Source: Candidatus Undinarchaeota archaeon (GTDB lineage Archaea > SpSt-1190 > JASMDC01). From it: 64,000 bases of DNA. Shown piece after piece: positions 20,247 through 28,760 of the stretch. Position 1 is the first letter of the stretch; each line of letters begins with the position of its first letter. The notes under the pieces are model-generated. The model ran no database searches, was not told the origin of the DNA, and worked only from the letters and a program-made list of their open reading frames with translations. The translations under genes were made by a program, and so were the position numbers. The stretch covers positions 1-64,000 of the forward strand of contig CAZFHY010000004.1 in assembly GCA_964519305.1 (NCBI GenBank). The letters run 5' to 3'.

Positions 20247-21136
20247 GGATCGTCGCGCACACCGACTTCGACGGCCTGGCCTCGGCCGCACTGGTATCGA
20301 TGGCCACGGGCGTGGACGACGTGGTGTTCACGCGGCCCGATACAGTGGACGAGGTCGCAGAAGAGGGCGATATCGTGGTCGACCTCCCCTACACATCCAA
20401 GGCATCGGTGTGGCTCGATCATCACGCGTCCCAGACCAAGCGCGTGCAGGGTATCACCTATGAGGGTGAGCTGGATCCTGAAGCACCCTGTGCGGCCGTG
20501 GTGGTCGCTCGATACTACGACCTCTCCGGACCCCGAGTGGATCGTATCCTGGAGCTCGCCCGCGCCACTGACCAGTTCCGGATGGAGCTGCCCGACGTGC
20601 GCAGGCTCACCTTCGCCCTCGAGTACCGTCAGGACAGCAGGTTCCTACTCCACATCCTGCGGCTGGCCCGGGACGATGGGATGGACGCGGTGTTCGCCGA
20701 CGCCACTTTCCTCAAGCGCCTGCGCCGGTTCACCGAGGAGAGGGAGGCGCCCACCATGAAACTGCTGGAGCGAGGTGACCGGGTCACTGTCTGCGACGGA
20801 CGGATCGCGATCGTCGACGTGCCCGACCGGAAGCGGTACTCGTCCAAGGTGGCCGAGCTGGCCCTCTACGAGCAGGGAATCGAGCTAGTGATCACCGTTA
20901 CGACGCATTCGGACGGCCGGGGTCGTCTCTCTTTTGGGACCAATCCGGACCGTGACGTGCCTTTCGACTGCAGTCGGGTGGCCTCGGCCCTTGGCGGTGG
21001 CGGTCATCCGTACGCTGCAGGTGCGTCGTTCGATCCCGAGCTCAGGGAAGGGACCGTGGAGCGGTTAAAAAAGCTCATCATGGAGGAGTGCGCCCGTCAG
21101 GGTATGCCGCTTCCCGCTGGATGCTTCGACGCCTAA
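20243..21136 (+). CDS. DHH/DHHA1 phosphoesterase (nanoRNase-like)
   Basis: HTDFDG, VVDL, LDHH, GGGGH..AAG; GTGA overlap with udp. Confidence 0.88.
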   Translation: MRIVAHTDFDGLASAALVSMATGVDDVVFTRPDTVDEVAEEGDIVVDLPYTSKASVWLDHHASQTKRVQGITYEGELDPEAPCAAVVVARYYDLSGPRVDRILELARATDQFRMELPDVRRLTFALEYRQDSRFLLHILRLARDDGMDAVFADATFLKRLRRFTEEREAPTMKLLERGDRVTVCDGRIAIVDVPDRKRYSSKVAELALYEQGIELVITVTTHSDGRGRLSFGTNPDRDVPFDCSRVASALGGGGHPYAAGASFDPELREGTVERLKKLIMEECARQGMPLPAGCFDA

Positions 21137-22635
21137 TCCTTCGTCAGGAACACGGGGATGATGCCCCCGCCACCCTGGACATTGGAGGGGAAACCAGCGC
21201 GTGTGAGCACCTCTACGACCTTTGCCGTGACCTTCCCATTACGCCACTCCCATTGCACGTAGGGATCGAAGTCCAGCAGGTCCGAGGTGATGAAGAGCTT
21301 GCCCTTCCGCCGAGCGTCCTTCTGCGGGCTCACCGTGTCGGTCGGCATGGTACTGGGGAATATCTTCTCTTGGGCGATGAGAGCGTCGGCCTCGTCCGGG
21401 GGCATACTGGGGAACTCCTCCAGCGACTCTAGCACCTCTGCGCGTGTCAGACGAAGGCTCCTGCCTCCGTGCACCGCGTTCGACTTCAGTATGAAGTCGT
21501 CCGCCCGGGTGCGCACCGTGTCCACGTGGCCTCGAAGTGGCGTTGTCACGGGCATGGCGGCGCGGACGAGCTCCGCGTCCTCCGAGCTGGATGTGAGGCT
21601 GTCAGCATGCTCGAGAGCGAGACCTATGGCCTCGCGGGCCTCGAAGAGCGCGGTCCACGGCGGTTCCTGGACGACTATGTCGCCCTTGACCGAGGCGCGG
21701 AGGATGCGATCGATGACCGGGTGTTTCCAGGTGCTGGCGTCCGGTTGGTTGCGCAGGTAGAAGACGTCGACTGTCGTTGAGCCCTCGTCGGTGCGCATGG
21801 ACACCTCGCTACCCGTGAATGTGAGGATTGATTCGAGCTCGCCCTCTTTGACGGTGTGTGCGTCGACGCCGAATCCTCGCATGGTACCGGCCCAGTTGGC
21901 GTGCTCCTTTGGATTGTAGCTCTCGTCGGACACGGTCATGATGACCGTAGGCCGTTCTTGGCCACTCTCGCTCTGGAACACCTCCGCCTGCGCCTTGAGA
22001 GCACCGAAGGAGAGGTTGCGGACCTTGCCCTCGAGACCGAACGTCTCGCAAGAGACACGTTCGAGCTGACCGACCAGCCACTGCCCCGCAGCGCCCCACC
22101 AGTTGAGTTCGTAGGTCTTGGCGGGAGTGCTGTAGAGAGGGCCCGGTGCGGACACGACGGCCTTGTCGATGCGCAGCACGCTGCTCTCCGTGGCAGTCGC
22201 GCTTATCGCGTCCATGAGACCCAGCGCGTCCAGCGCCTTGTACTCGGGCAGGTTGGATATCTTCCTGAGGATCTCTGGTGTGTGCACCAGATTGATGAAC
22301 GCCTCGATGATTGCCCGGATGCACCGCTGCTCGCTCTCGACATAAGAGCTGGGCACGATGCGGGGGATGAAGCTCGAGTTGATGACCGTCTCCTCGAGAC
22401 CGATGGACGCGTCGCCGAAGATTACGTCACTGGCGACCAGCGAACGCACGTACTCCTCGCGCTTGGCCTCGTACTTTCGCGGGCCCCAGGCCGAGATCGT
22501 ATCGATGAGGGGAGCGTACACGGGATTGTCCAGTCCAGCCAGACGACTTACGAAGTCATCGGGTTTCAGGAGCTTTGTGATCGGTGCCCCCAGCAGCATC
22601 TCATCGTAGTGCCGGTCCCAGTCGACGGTTCTCAC
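21133..22635 (-). CDS. Circularly permuted ATP-grasp ligase (glutathione synthetase / CP-ATPgrasp-like)
   Basis: RID...YELN...AG, VDVFYLR, FILKS...GGR, IAQE, SNVQGGGG. GTG at 22635 follows a TATA box at ~22660. Confidence 0.72.
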   Translation of the reverse strand: MRTVDWDRHYDEMLLGAPITKLLKPDDFVSRLAGLDNPVYAPLIDTISAWGPRKYEAKREEYVRSLVASDVIFGDASIGLEETVINSSFIPRIVPSSYVESEQRCIRAIIEAFINLVHTPEILRKISNLPEYKALDALGLMDAISATATESSVLRIDKAVVSAPGPLYSTPAKTYELNWWGAAGQWLVGQLERVSCETFGLEGKVRNLSFGALKAQAEVFQSESGQERPTVIMTVSDESYNPKEHANWAGTMRGFGVDAHTVKEGELESILTFTGSEVSMRTDEGSTTVDVFYLRNQPDASTWKHPVIDRILRASVKGDIVVQEPPWTALFEAREAIGLALEHADSLTSSSEDAELVRAAMPVTTPLRGHVDTVRTRADDFILKSNAVHGGRSLRLTRAEVLESLEEFPSMPPDEADALIAQEKIFPSTMPTDTVSPQKDARRKGKLFITSDLLDFDPYVQWEWRNGKVTAKVVEVLTRAGFPSNVQGGGGIIPVFLTKD

Positions 22636-22688
22636 GTACCCGCCCCGAGGGCTAAACACTATAAATCCTTGCCCAACCGGCGGGCACA

Positions 22689-25600
22689 TCACTCAGGTCC
22701 GGACCGGGCCACCCTGTCGAGGAGGGGTCCGAGCTTGTCGCCGAGACCGGTGCGCTTGAGGTAGACCTCGATGCGTTCCTGTTCGTCCAGGTCGAGGATG
22801 TAGCGTCCTGTCACCCCGAGCTTTTCGACGTGGCCCGTACCCATCAGCTTTTCGAGGTATGATGATGCCTTGCCGGCGTCGGGCGACCACAGCGCGCGGT
22901 CGAGGTCATCTGAGGTGATAGGTCCTCGGGAGAGCACCATCAGCACCTGGCCGAACTCTGAGAGCCGACGTGCCGCCAGTGGATCGTCGGTGCGGTTCAG
23001 GTCATCGAGCGTCCGGGCCAGTATACCGTCGCCCCGGATATCATCGGGATCGCGCATGTGGATGGCCTCTACTAGCTCCGTGTCCAGGATATCGCTCAGT
23101 CCCTGGTCGGCCGCAGGTCCGCTTGTTGTTGCCCTGGACACCGCATCCGGAGTGGATCGCGGCCGCACTTTCGCAAGCAGGGTGTCGAGGACCGGCGCCA
23201 GGTCGTCCCCGAGACCCGTACGGTCCAGGTAGTTCTCCATCCGTTCATGCTCCCCATGGGATAGGAGGTAGCGATCCGTCAGCCCGAGATGCTCCACGTA
23301 CCCGCCCTCCTCCAGGGCTCCGAGGTAGGTGCTCGCCCTGCCGGCCCCCTCGGACCAGAGCACGCGGTCGAGGTCCTCGGCCGTGATCGGGCCCCGGGAG
23401 AGCACGAGCAGCACCTGGTTGAGCTCGATGAGCTTACCCTCCGACTCGGGCCCTCTCGCCTGTCTGTGGTCCACGAGCATCCGGGCCAGGAGGCAGTTCC
23501 CAGCAAGGTTCTTTGTTGAGCGGTCGAAGAGCACTGCCTTGAGGACCGCCTCGAGTGCACCGGGACCCGGCCGTGGTGCCGGGGGCGGCGCCACCTTTTG
23601 AGGCGTGACCGGTCCCTCGGGCGGTCTTGGGAGCTTGCGTGACCTGAGCGCTTCGAGAGTGGCGGGTGGCTTGGGCGGTTTAGCCCAGGATAGGAACCGC
23701 TGCGCAAGGGCACGGATCTGACCGGTCCCTGGCTCGGACGGCGCACACTGCTCAGGTGGTGTCGGCTGCGGTTCCAGAAGACGGGGGCGCGGGGGTTTCG
23801 GAGGAGCGACCTTCTCCACCTTGGGAGGAGCAGGTGGGCGCTCCAGAAGACGGGGGCGCGGGGGCGTCGGAGGAGCGACCTTCTCCACCTTGGGAGGAGA
23901 GGGCGGGCGCTCCAGAAGACGGGGACGCGCCTTCGGGGGGACGATCTTATCGACCTTGGGAGGAGTAGGCGGGCGCTCCAGAAGACGGGGACGCGCCTTC
24001 GGGGGGACGATCTTATCGACCTTGGGAGGAGTAGGCGGGCGCTCCAGAAGACGGGGACGCGCCTTCGGGGGGACGACCTTATCGACCTTGGGAGGAGCAG
24101 GCGGACGTTCGAGCAGACGGGGGCGCGGGGGCTTTTGTGTAGCGACCTTCTTCGGCTTCGGCGGAACGGTATCGGTGCGCACCTTCTCGGGGCGGGGGAC
24201 CACAGGTGCGGGCTTCATCCCGGCGTGACCGAGCATCATGTCGATGACGGGTACGAGCCGCATATCGAGACCGATGCGTCCGAGGAAGGAGCCGACCGAC
24301 TCCCGTTCATCAGGCACCAGGGTATAGCGGCCGTCCTCGTCCCGGTCGGCGTAGCCCTTCATCTTCAGTGCTTCTAGATAGTACACACCCTTCCCGGCAC
24401 CTTCGCCCCAGAGGACACGGTCGAGCTGGTCCGCCGTGACAGGGGTCCGATATATCACAAGGTGAACACGGTACACCTCTGCCAGCTTGCGCATTGCCTC
24501 GACGTCGGTCGTCCGGACCCGTTCCCGGAACAGTTTGGAAAGGAGGCATTCACCCTTCAGTGCTTTGCCCGGGAGCTTGGCCAATGCCCGGTTCAGTTCG
24601 CGCTCGATTATGTTGGCGTATGTGTTGGTCGCCACCGCGGGGACTACTTTCTTCTCCTCCTTCACAATCTCCCGAGGCGGTGCTTCGATCTTCGGTCGCG
24701 GCCGCTCACTTACGCGCTTGACCATCTCGTCGAGCACCGGGTCGACTACCTTCCGGAGGCCGGTCCGGTCGAGGAACTTCCCCGTCGAGCGCCTCTGATG
24801 CACCGCAAGGACGTACCGACCCGTTCTTCCCATCCGCTCTACATGTCCGGCCTCCGTCAATGCTGCAAGGACCATGGTCGCCCTACCGTTCTCTTCCCAG
24901 ACCGCGTGGTCGACGTCGTCCTCGGCGATGGGCCCGCGGTCGAGCAGGAGCAGCACCTGCACCAGCTCGGACAGCGTTGTCTTGAGCCCTTCATTGGTAA
25001 CCTTGGCGCCGTCGGTGAGCACCATCGCTACCAACGACTTATCGCTGAGCGCATCACTCGGGAGCCGGGGTACGGCTTCTGAGAGCCTGTCGTCGAGGTC
25101 GAGCGAGAGTCGGGTCCTTGAACGTATGGCCCGGCCCGGGGCGACCGGTCCGACAGGTGAAGGTTCTTCCGAGATCATCCGACCCTTCGGCGGCTTGAAC
25201 CTGTCAGTAGTCGGACGCTTGGGTGGCTTGAATCGGGAGGGTGGGGAGGGTACGCTCTCGGGAATGATCGGTGTCGACGGCGTCGGCACGGTCGACGGAG
25301 GGGGCAGAGTCGGAACCGTCGGCGGGATGGGCGGAGTCGGCACGGTAGGCGGAGCGGGCGGTGTCGGTACGGTAGGCGGAGTGGGCGGTGTCGGCACGGT
25401 AGGCGGGATGGGCGGAGTCGGAACGGCAGTAGGTTCGATCACCTCGACAGAAGCAGGTGCCTCCGAGATAGTCCGGGCTTTCCGTGGCTTGAACCTGTCC
25501 GAATCTTCCGAGCCTTTCGGTGGCTTGAACCTGTCTAATCCTGTTCGCTTGGGCGGCTTGAAGCGGGATGGTTGGAGCGGTACCTCCTCAATAACAGTTT

Positions 25601-28600
25601 GTGTCGGCACCGCAAGTTCGCCCGTCGGTGTCGAAGGGATCGGAGACCGCGGGAGCTCCTTGACCATTTCCTCGACGATCTGGACGGGAAGCTGCCTCAC
25701 ACCAGCGTGCCTGAGCATCATGTCGAGCACAGGATCGAGACGCGCCTCGAGGGCGGTGCGCTGGAGGTAGGCCGTTGTCTTCCTCCGTTCATCCGGCACC
25801 AGGAAGGCACGCGCAGGCTCGCCACGACGCTCCAGATAACCCTTCGCCACGAGTGCGTCCATATAGGAGGCGCCCTTCCCCTTTCCCTCGTCCCACAGGA
25901 CACGGTCCAGTTCCGCTGCTGTGGCGGGCGTCCGGTAGAGCACGAGAAGGACCCTGTAGACCTCGCTGTACTTCTTGAGCTCCTCCGGACTCGTCGTCCG
26001 AGACCGGTCCGTGAACAATCTTGCCAGGAGGCACTTGTCCTCGATGCTCTCTGGTGAGAGTCTGGCGAGCCCACGGTTGATCTCGCGCTCGAGGACGTTG
26101 GCGAAGCTGCGGTGGGCCTCCCGGTATGCGGGACCTGTTGGAGCAACGGCCGGTTCGGCCTCGGCGGTCGTCTTCTCGGTCACACCGAGTATCATGTCGA
26201 GGACAGGATCGATGATCGAAAGGAGGTCCGTTCTGATAAGGTAGGCCGTGTTGTGCTCCTTCTCGTCGGGGCTGAGGAAGAAGCGTCCAGTAGCGGCCTC
26301 CTTGTCCAGATAGCCGCGGTCCAGTAGACCGTTGAGCAATGCTTCGCTACTCCCGACACCTTCCTCCCAGAGTAGCCAGTCGGCCTCCCCGGCCAGGAGC
26401 GGACCCCGCTGGAGTAGGAGCAGGAGCTGGTAGGTGGATACTATCTCGTCCGCAAGAGATGGATCCTCGACCTGGATACGTTGCAGGAAGAGGCGCGAGA
26501 GCAGGCAGTCGCCCATCAGTGCCTCCGGCGGCCGCTGGGAGAGCGTTCCCAATAGCTCCTGATCGAGCAGAATGGACAACCTGTTCCTGTGCGGGCGGCC
26601 TACTGCGACCTCCGCTCCTTCTGTCTCGCGTGTCGGACCTGTCTCTTCCAGACCACCGAGCATCATATCGATGACCGGCTCGACAACTGTCCCGAGTCCG
26701 GAAGCGGCCAGGAACGCAGAGACGCGCATACCCTCATCAGCGTTGAGACGGTACGAGCCCGTGAACCCGAGGCGTTCCACGTAGCCTTTCGCGGCCAGCG
26801 CCCGGATGAAGTGCATGGACCTGCCCTTACCAGTACGCCAGATCAGCGCGTTCATCTGCTTCGTCGACCGCGGGCCGCGGTGGAGCACTAATATCACTAT
26901 CGTGGCGTTGGCGAGCTCTCTGAGCATCTCCGGATCCTCGGAGGTGTAGCGTTCGCTGAGCATGTGCCCGAGCGATCCCGCTCCGTCCAGGTCCTTAGGC
27001 TCGCGGAACGATAATGCCTTTGCGAGCTCCTCGTCGAGCACGTGAGCAAGACGCCGCATGTCCGGATCTACCACCGGTTCGATCGGCTCTGCCCGCACCT
27101 CCTCCAGCACCTCGAAGTAGGTGGGCGCGACGATGGCGGGCCCCTCTTCGTCCTCCTCCACTCCTTTATGTCGGACCTTTACGTCGATGGCGTGCTTGAG
27201 CGTCGCCATGGTACCGATACCGATATCGCCTGTCAGCCCGTCCACCATGACGTTGATCTCGTCCTGCATGTCCTCCGCTTGGAGCCATCGCTTGAGTTTC
27301 GAGTGCTCCTCGGGTGTTAGTGAGTAGATACCGGTCGGCTCGTCCTTGAGCACGATGCCCAGCGGCATGATGAGCTCGGCGATAATAGGTCCGGCAAGGT
27401 CGGTGTCACTGCCCCATATGCCCTTGGAGAGCTCCGGTGAGGTCATGGGCGTGCGGTAGACCATCAGCACGATCTGGTGGGCCACCTCGTACGTCGCTGC
27501 GAGCTGTTCATCGCCCGAGTCCTTCATCCGGTGGGCCTGGGCCAGGAGCGCGGAGCAGCCGCACTGCATCTCGAGATACTTGATTCCCTTATCGAGCACC
27601 TTGTCCTTGAACTTGTCACCGACCTGGTCCATGGCCAGGGAGTATGCCTTCTTCCGGGCCAGCGTCTGGATGGCCTGGCCCCCCAGCGTCTGGAACGAGG
27701 TCGCAGCAGCTGATGCCGAGCCCGTCGATGCAGCCACCGAGGCCGCCGTGCTAGCTGCAGCTGTCCCTGCTGCAGTGACGGCCGCGGTACCTGCCGCGCC
27801 TGACGCCATAGTGGCCCCCGCTGCGGTCGCTGTAGTTATGCTCGCTGTCGTAGCGCCTGCTGCTGCTGCTGCGCTCGCAGCACCGGCCGCGGCACTGGCG
27901 CCAGCAGCGGCGCTCGCACCGGCAGCAGCTGCGCTCACGGCCTGCACGGCACCAACGCCCACAGCAACGGCGGCCGCTCCTGCAGCGGCGCTCTTCACAG
28001 GCTCCTTCCTCACCGTCTCCACGGCCTTGTCCACTGTCTCGTCGACCGTCTCCACGACGCTCCCGGCGGTCGATGCGGAGACGTTGGCAGCGTCACCCGC
28101 TTTCTTCCTAGCATAGGACACCCAGCCGCCAGCGGCCTCAGCCACCTTCTTGATTGGATCCGGGATGATGCTGTCCTCTTCCTCCTCCTCTTCGTCACGC
28201 TCCTTGAAGAAACCCGCGCTCCCGTCGGGCTGGAACTTCCAGTCGAAGGTCACCGAGCCCATCTTCCGGATCCCTACGACAGCATAGCACCCGGTATCGG
28301 TCCTGACCGCGTACACCTTCCCAGGCACTGCTGCCACGGGTGATCGCTTGTAGCCCGAGTCAGGGGCGAAGTTGACGTCCCTGAACGATACGTTGGTCAG
28401 TTCTATGAACCCGTCGAGCCCACCGGGCATGATGTGGGTGCCGTTGTAGGCGATGGCGCAGGACACCGTATCGAGCGGGATCCCGGACGCGTTGAACATC
28501 CCGCCCTTGGCGAGGACGAACACATCACCGCTCTTTTGGTGGTTGTGTATGGTCGCTTCACCGAAGCCCAGCTTCTCGATGAGCGGTGCCGCTGCGAGGA

Positions 28601-28760
28601 TCTCTCGATGGAGCACGGCCATCGGTGCGCAGGTTTGGTTAGCAAGGCAGCCCTCGCCCCGGGCACAGTCGGCGCTGGTGCAACACAAATCGTCAGCAAG
28701 GCATGTGTCACCGCACTTCCTGAAGCCGCCATCGCACTCGCGCGATCCCGTCTCCGGCCC
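22689..28760 (-). CDS. Giant surface/membrane protein, C-terminal part (Cys-rich module, QPDGS domain, Ala-rich segment, 8 winged-helix-like repeats, Pro-rich linkers)
   Basis: 1999-aa ORF from TTG 28688. The frame is open back to 28760 and there encodes ECDGGFRKCGDTCLADDLCC, homologous to the intact paralog, so it is probably not an independent gene. Confidence 0.85.
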   Translation of the reverse strand, partial: GPETGSRECDGGFRKCGDTCLADDLCCTSADCARGEGCLANQTCAPMAVLHREILAAAPLIEKLGFGEATIHNHQKSGDVFVLAKGGMFNASGIPLDTVSCAIAYNGTHIMPGGLDGFIELTNVSFRDVNFAPDSGYKRSPVAAVPGKVYAVRTDTGCYAVVGIRKMGSVTFDWKFQPDGSAGFFKERDEEEEEEDSIIPDPIKKVAEAAGGWVSYARKKAGDAANVSASTAGSVVETVDETVDKAVETVRKEPVKSAAAGAAAVAVGVGAVQAVSAAAAGASAAAGASAAAGAASAAAAAGATTASITTATAAGATMASGAAGTAAVTAAGTAAASTAASVAASTGSASAAATSFQTLGGQAIQTLARKKAYSLAMDQVGDKFKDKVLDKGIKYLEMQCGCSALLAQAHRMKDSGDEQLAATYEVAHQIVLMVYRTPMTSPELSKGIWGSDTDLAGPIIAELIMPLGIVLKDEPTGIYSLTPEEHSKLKRWLQAEDMQDEINVMVDGLTGDIGIGTMATLKHAIDVKVRHKGVEEDEEGPAIVAPTYFEVLEEVRAEPIEPVVDPDMRRLAHVLDEELAKALSFREPKDLDGAGSLGHMLSERYTSEDPEMLRELANATIVILVLHRGPRSTKQMNALIWRTGKGRSMHFIRALAAKGYVERLGFTGSYRLNADEGMRVSAFLAASGLGTVVEPVIDMMLGGLEETGPTRETEGAEVAVGRPHRNRLSILLDQELLGTLSQRPPEALMGDCLLSRLFLQRIQVEDPSLADEIVSTYQLLLLLQRGPLLAGEADWLLWEEGVGSSEALLNGLLDRGYLDKEAATGRFFLSPDEKEHNTAYLIRTDLLSIIDPVLDMILGVTEKTTAEAEPAVAPTGPAYREAHRSFANVLEREINRGLARLSPESIEDKCLLARLFTDRSRTTSPEELKKYSEVYRVLLVLYRTPATAAELDRVLWDEGKGKGASYMDALVAKGYLERRGEPARAFLVPDERRKTTAYLQRTALEARLDPVLDMMLRHAGVRQLPVQIVEEMVKELPRSPIPSTPTGELAVPTQTVIEEVPLQPSRFKPPKRTGLDRFKPPKGSEDSDRFKPRKARTISEAPASVEVIEPTAVPTPPIPPTVPTPPTPPTVPTPPAPPTVPTPPIPPTVPTLPPPSTVPTPSTPIIPESVPSPPSRFKPPKRPTTDRFKPPKGRMISEEPSPVGPVAPGRAIRSRTRLSLDLDDRLSEAVPRLPSDALSDKSLVAMVLTDGAKVTNEGLKTTLSELVQVLLLLDRGPIAEDDVDHAVWEENGRATMVLAALTEAGHVERMGRTGRYVLAVHQRRSTGKFLDRTGLRKVVDPVLDEMVKRVSERPRPKIEAPPREIVKEEKKVVPAVATNTYANIIERELNRALAKLPGKALKGECLLSKLFRERVRTTDVEAMRKLAEVYRVHLVIYRTPVTADQLDRVLWGEGAGKGVYYLEALKMKGYADRDEDGRYTLVPDERESVGSFLGRIGLDMRLVPVIDMMLGHAGMKPAPVVPRPEKVRTDTVPPKPKKVATQKPPRPRLLERPPAPPKVDKVVPPKARPRLLERPPTPPKVDKIVPPKARPRLLERPPTPPKVDKIVPPKARPRLLERPPSPPKVEKVAPPTPPRPRLLERPPAPPKVEKVAPPKPPRPRLLEPQPTPPEQCAPSEPGTGQIRALAQRFLSWAKPPKPPATLEALRSRKLPRPPEGPVTPQKVAPPPAPRPGPGALEAVLKAVLFDRSTKNLAGNCLLARMLVDHRQARGPESEGKLIELNQVLLVLSRGPITAEDLDRVLWSEGAGRASTYLGALEEGGYVEHLGLTDRYLLSHGEHERMENYLDRTGLGDDLAPVLDTLLAKVRPRSTPDAVSRATTSGPAADQGLSDILDTELVEAIHMRDPDDIRGDGILARTLDDLNRTDDPLAARRLSEFGQVLMVLSRGPITSDDLDRALWSPDAGKASSYLEKLMGTGHVEKLGVTGRYILDLDEQERIEVYLKRTGLGDKLGPLLDRVARSGPE
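23772..24132 (-). repeat. Coding tandem repeat, ~5.3 x 66-69 bp (PRLLERPPxPPKVxKxxPPxxR)
   Basis: Near-identical in-frame nucleotide units. Confidence 0.92.
25280..25430 (-). repeat. Coding tandem repeat, ~5 x 27 bp (PTPPxPPTV)
   Basis: In-frame Pro/Thr repeat, degenerate at synonymous positions. Confidence 0.85.

Noticed and set aside
23772-24132. Regularly spaced repeats resembling a CRISPR array
   Set aside because: Units are contiguous in-frame coding repeats without unique spacers, and no cas genes are present.
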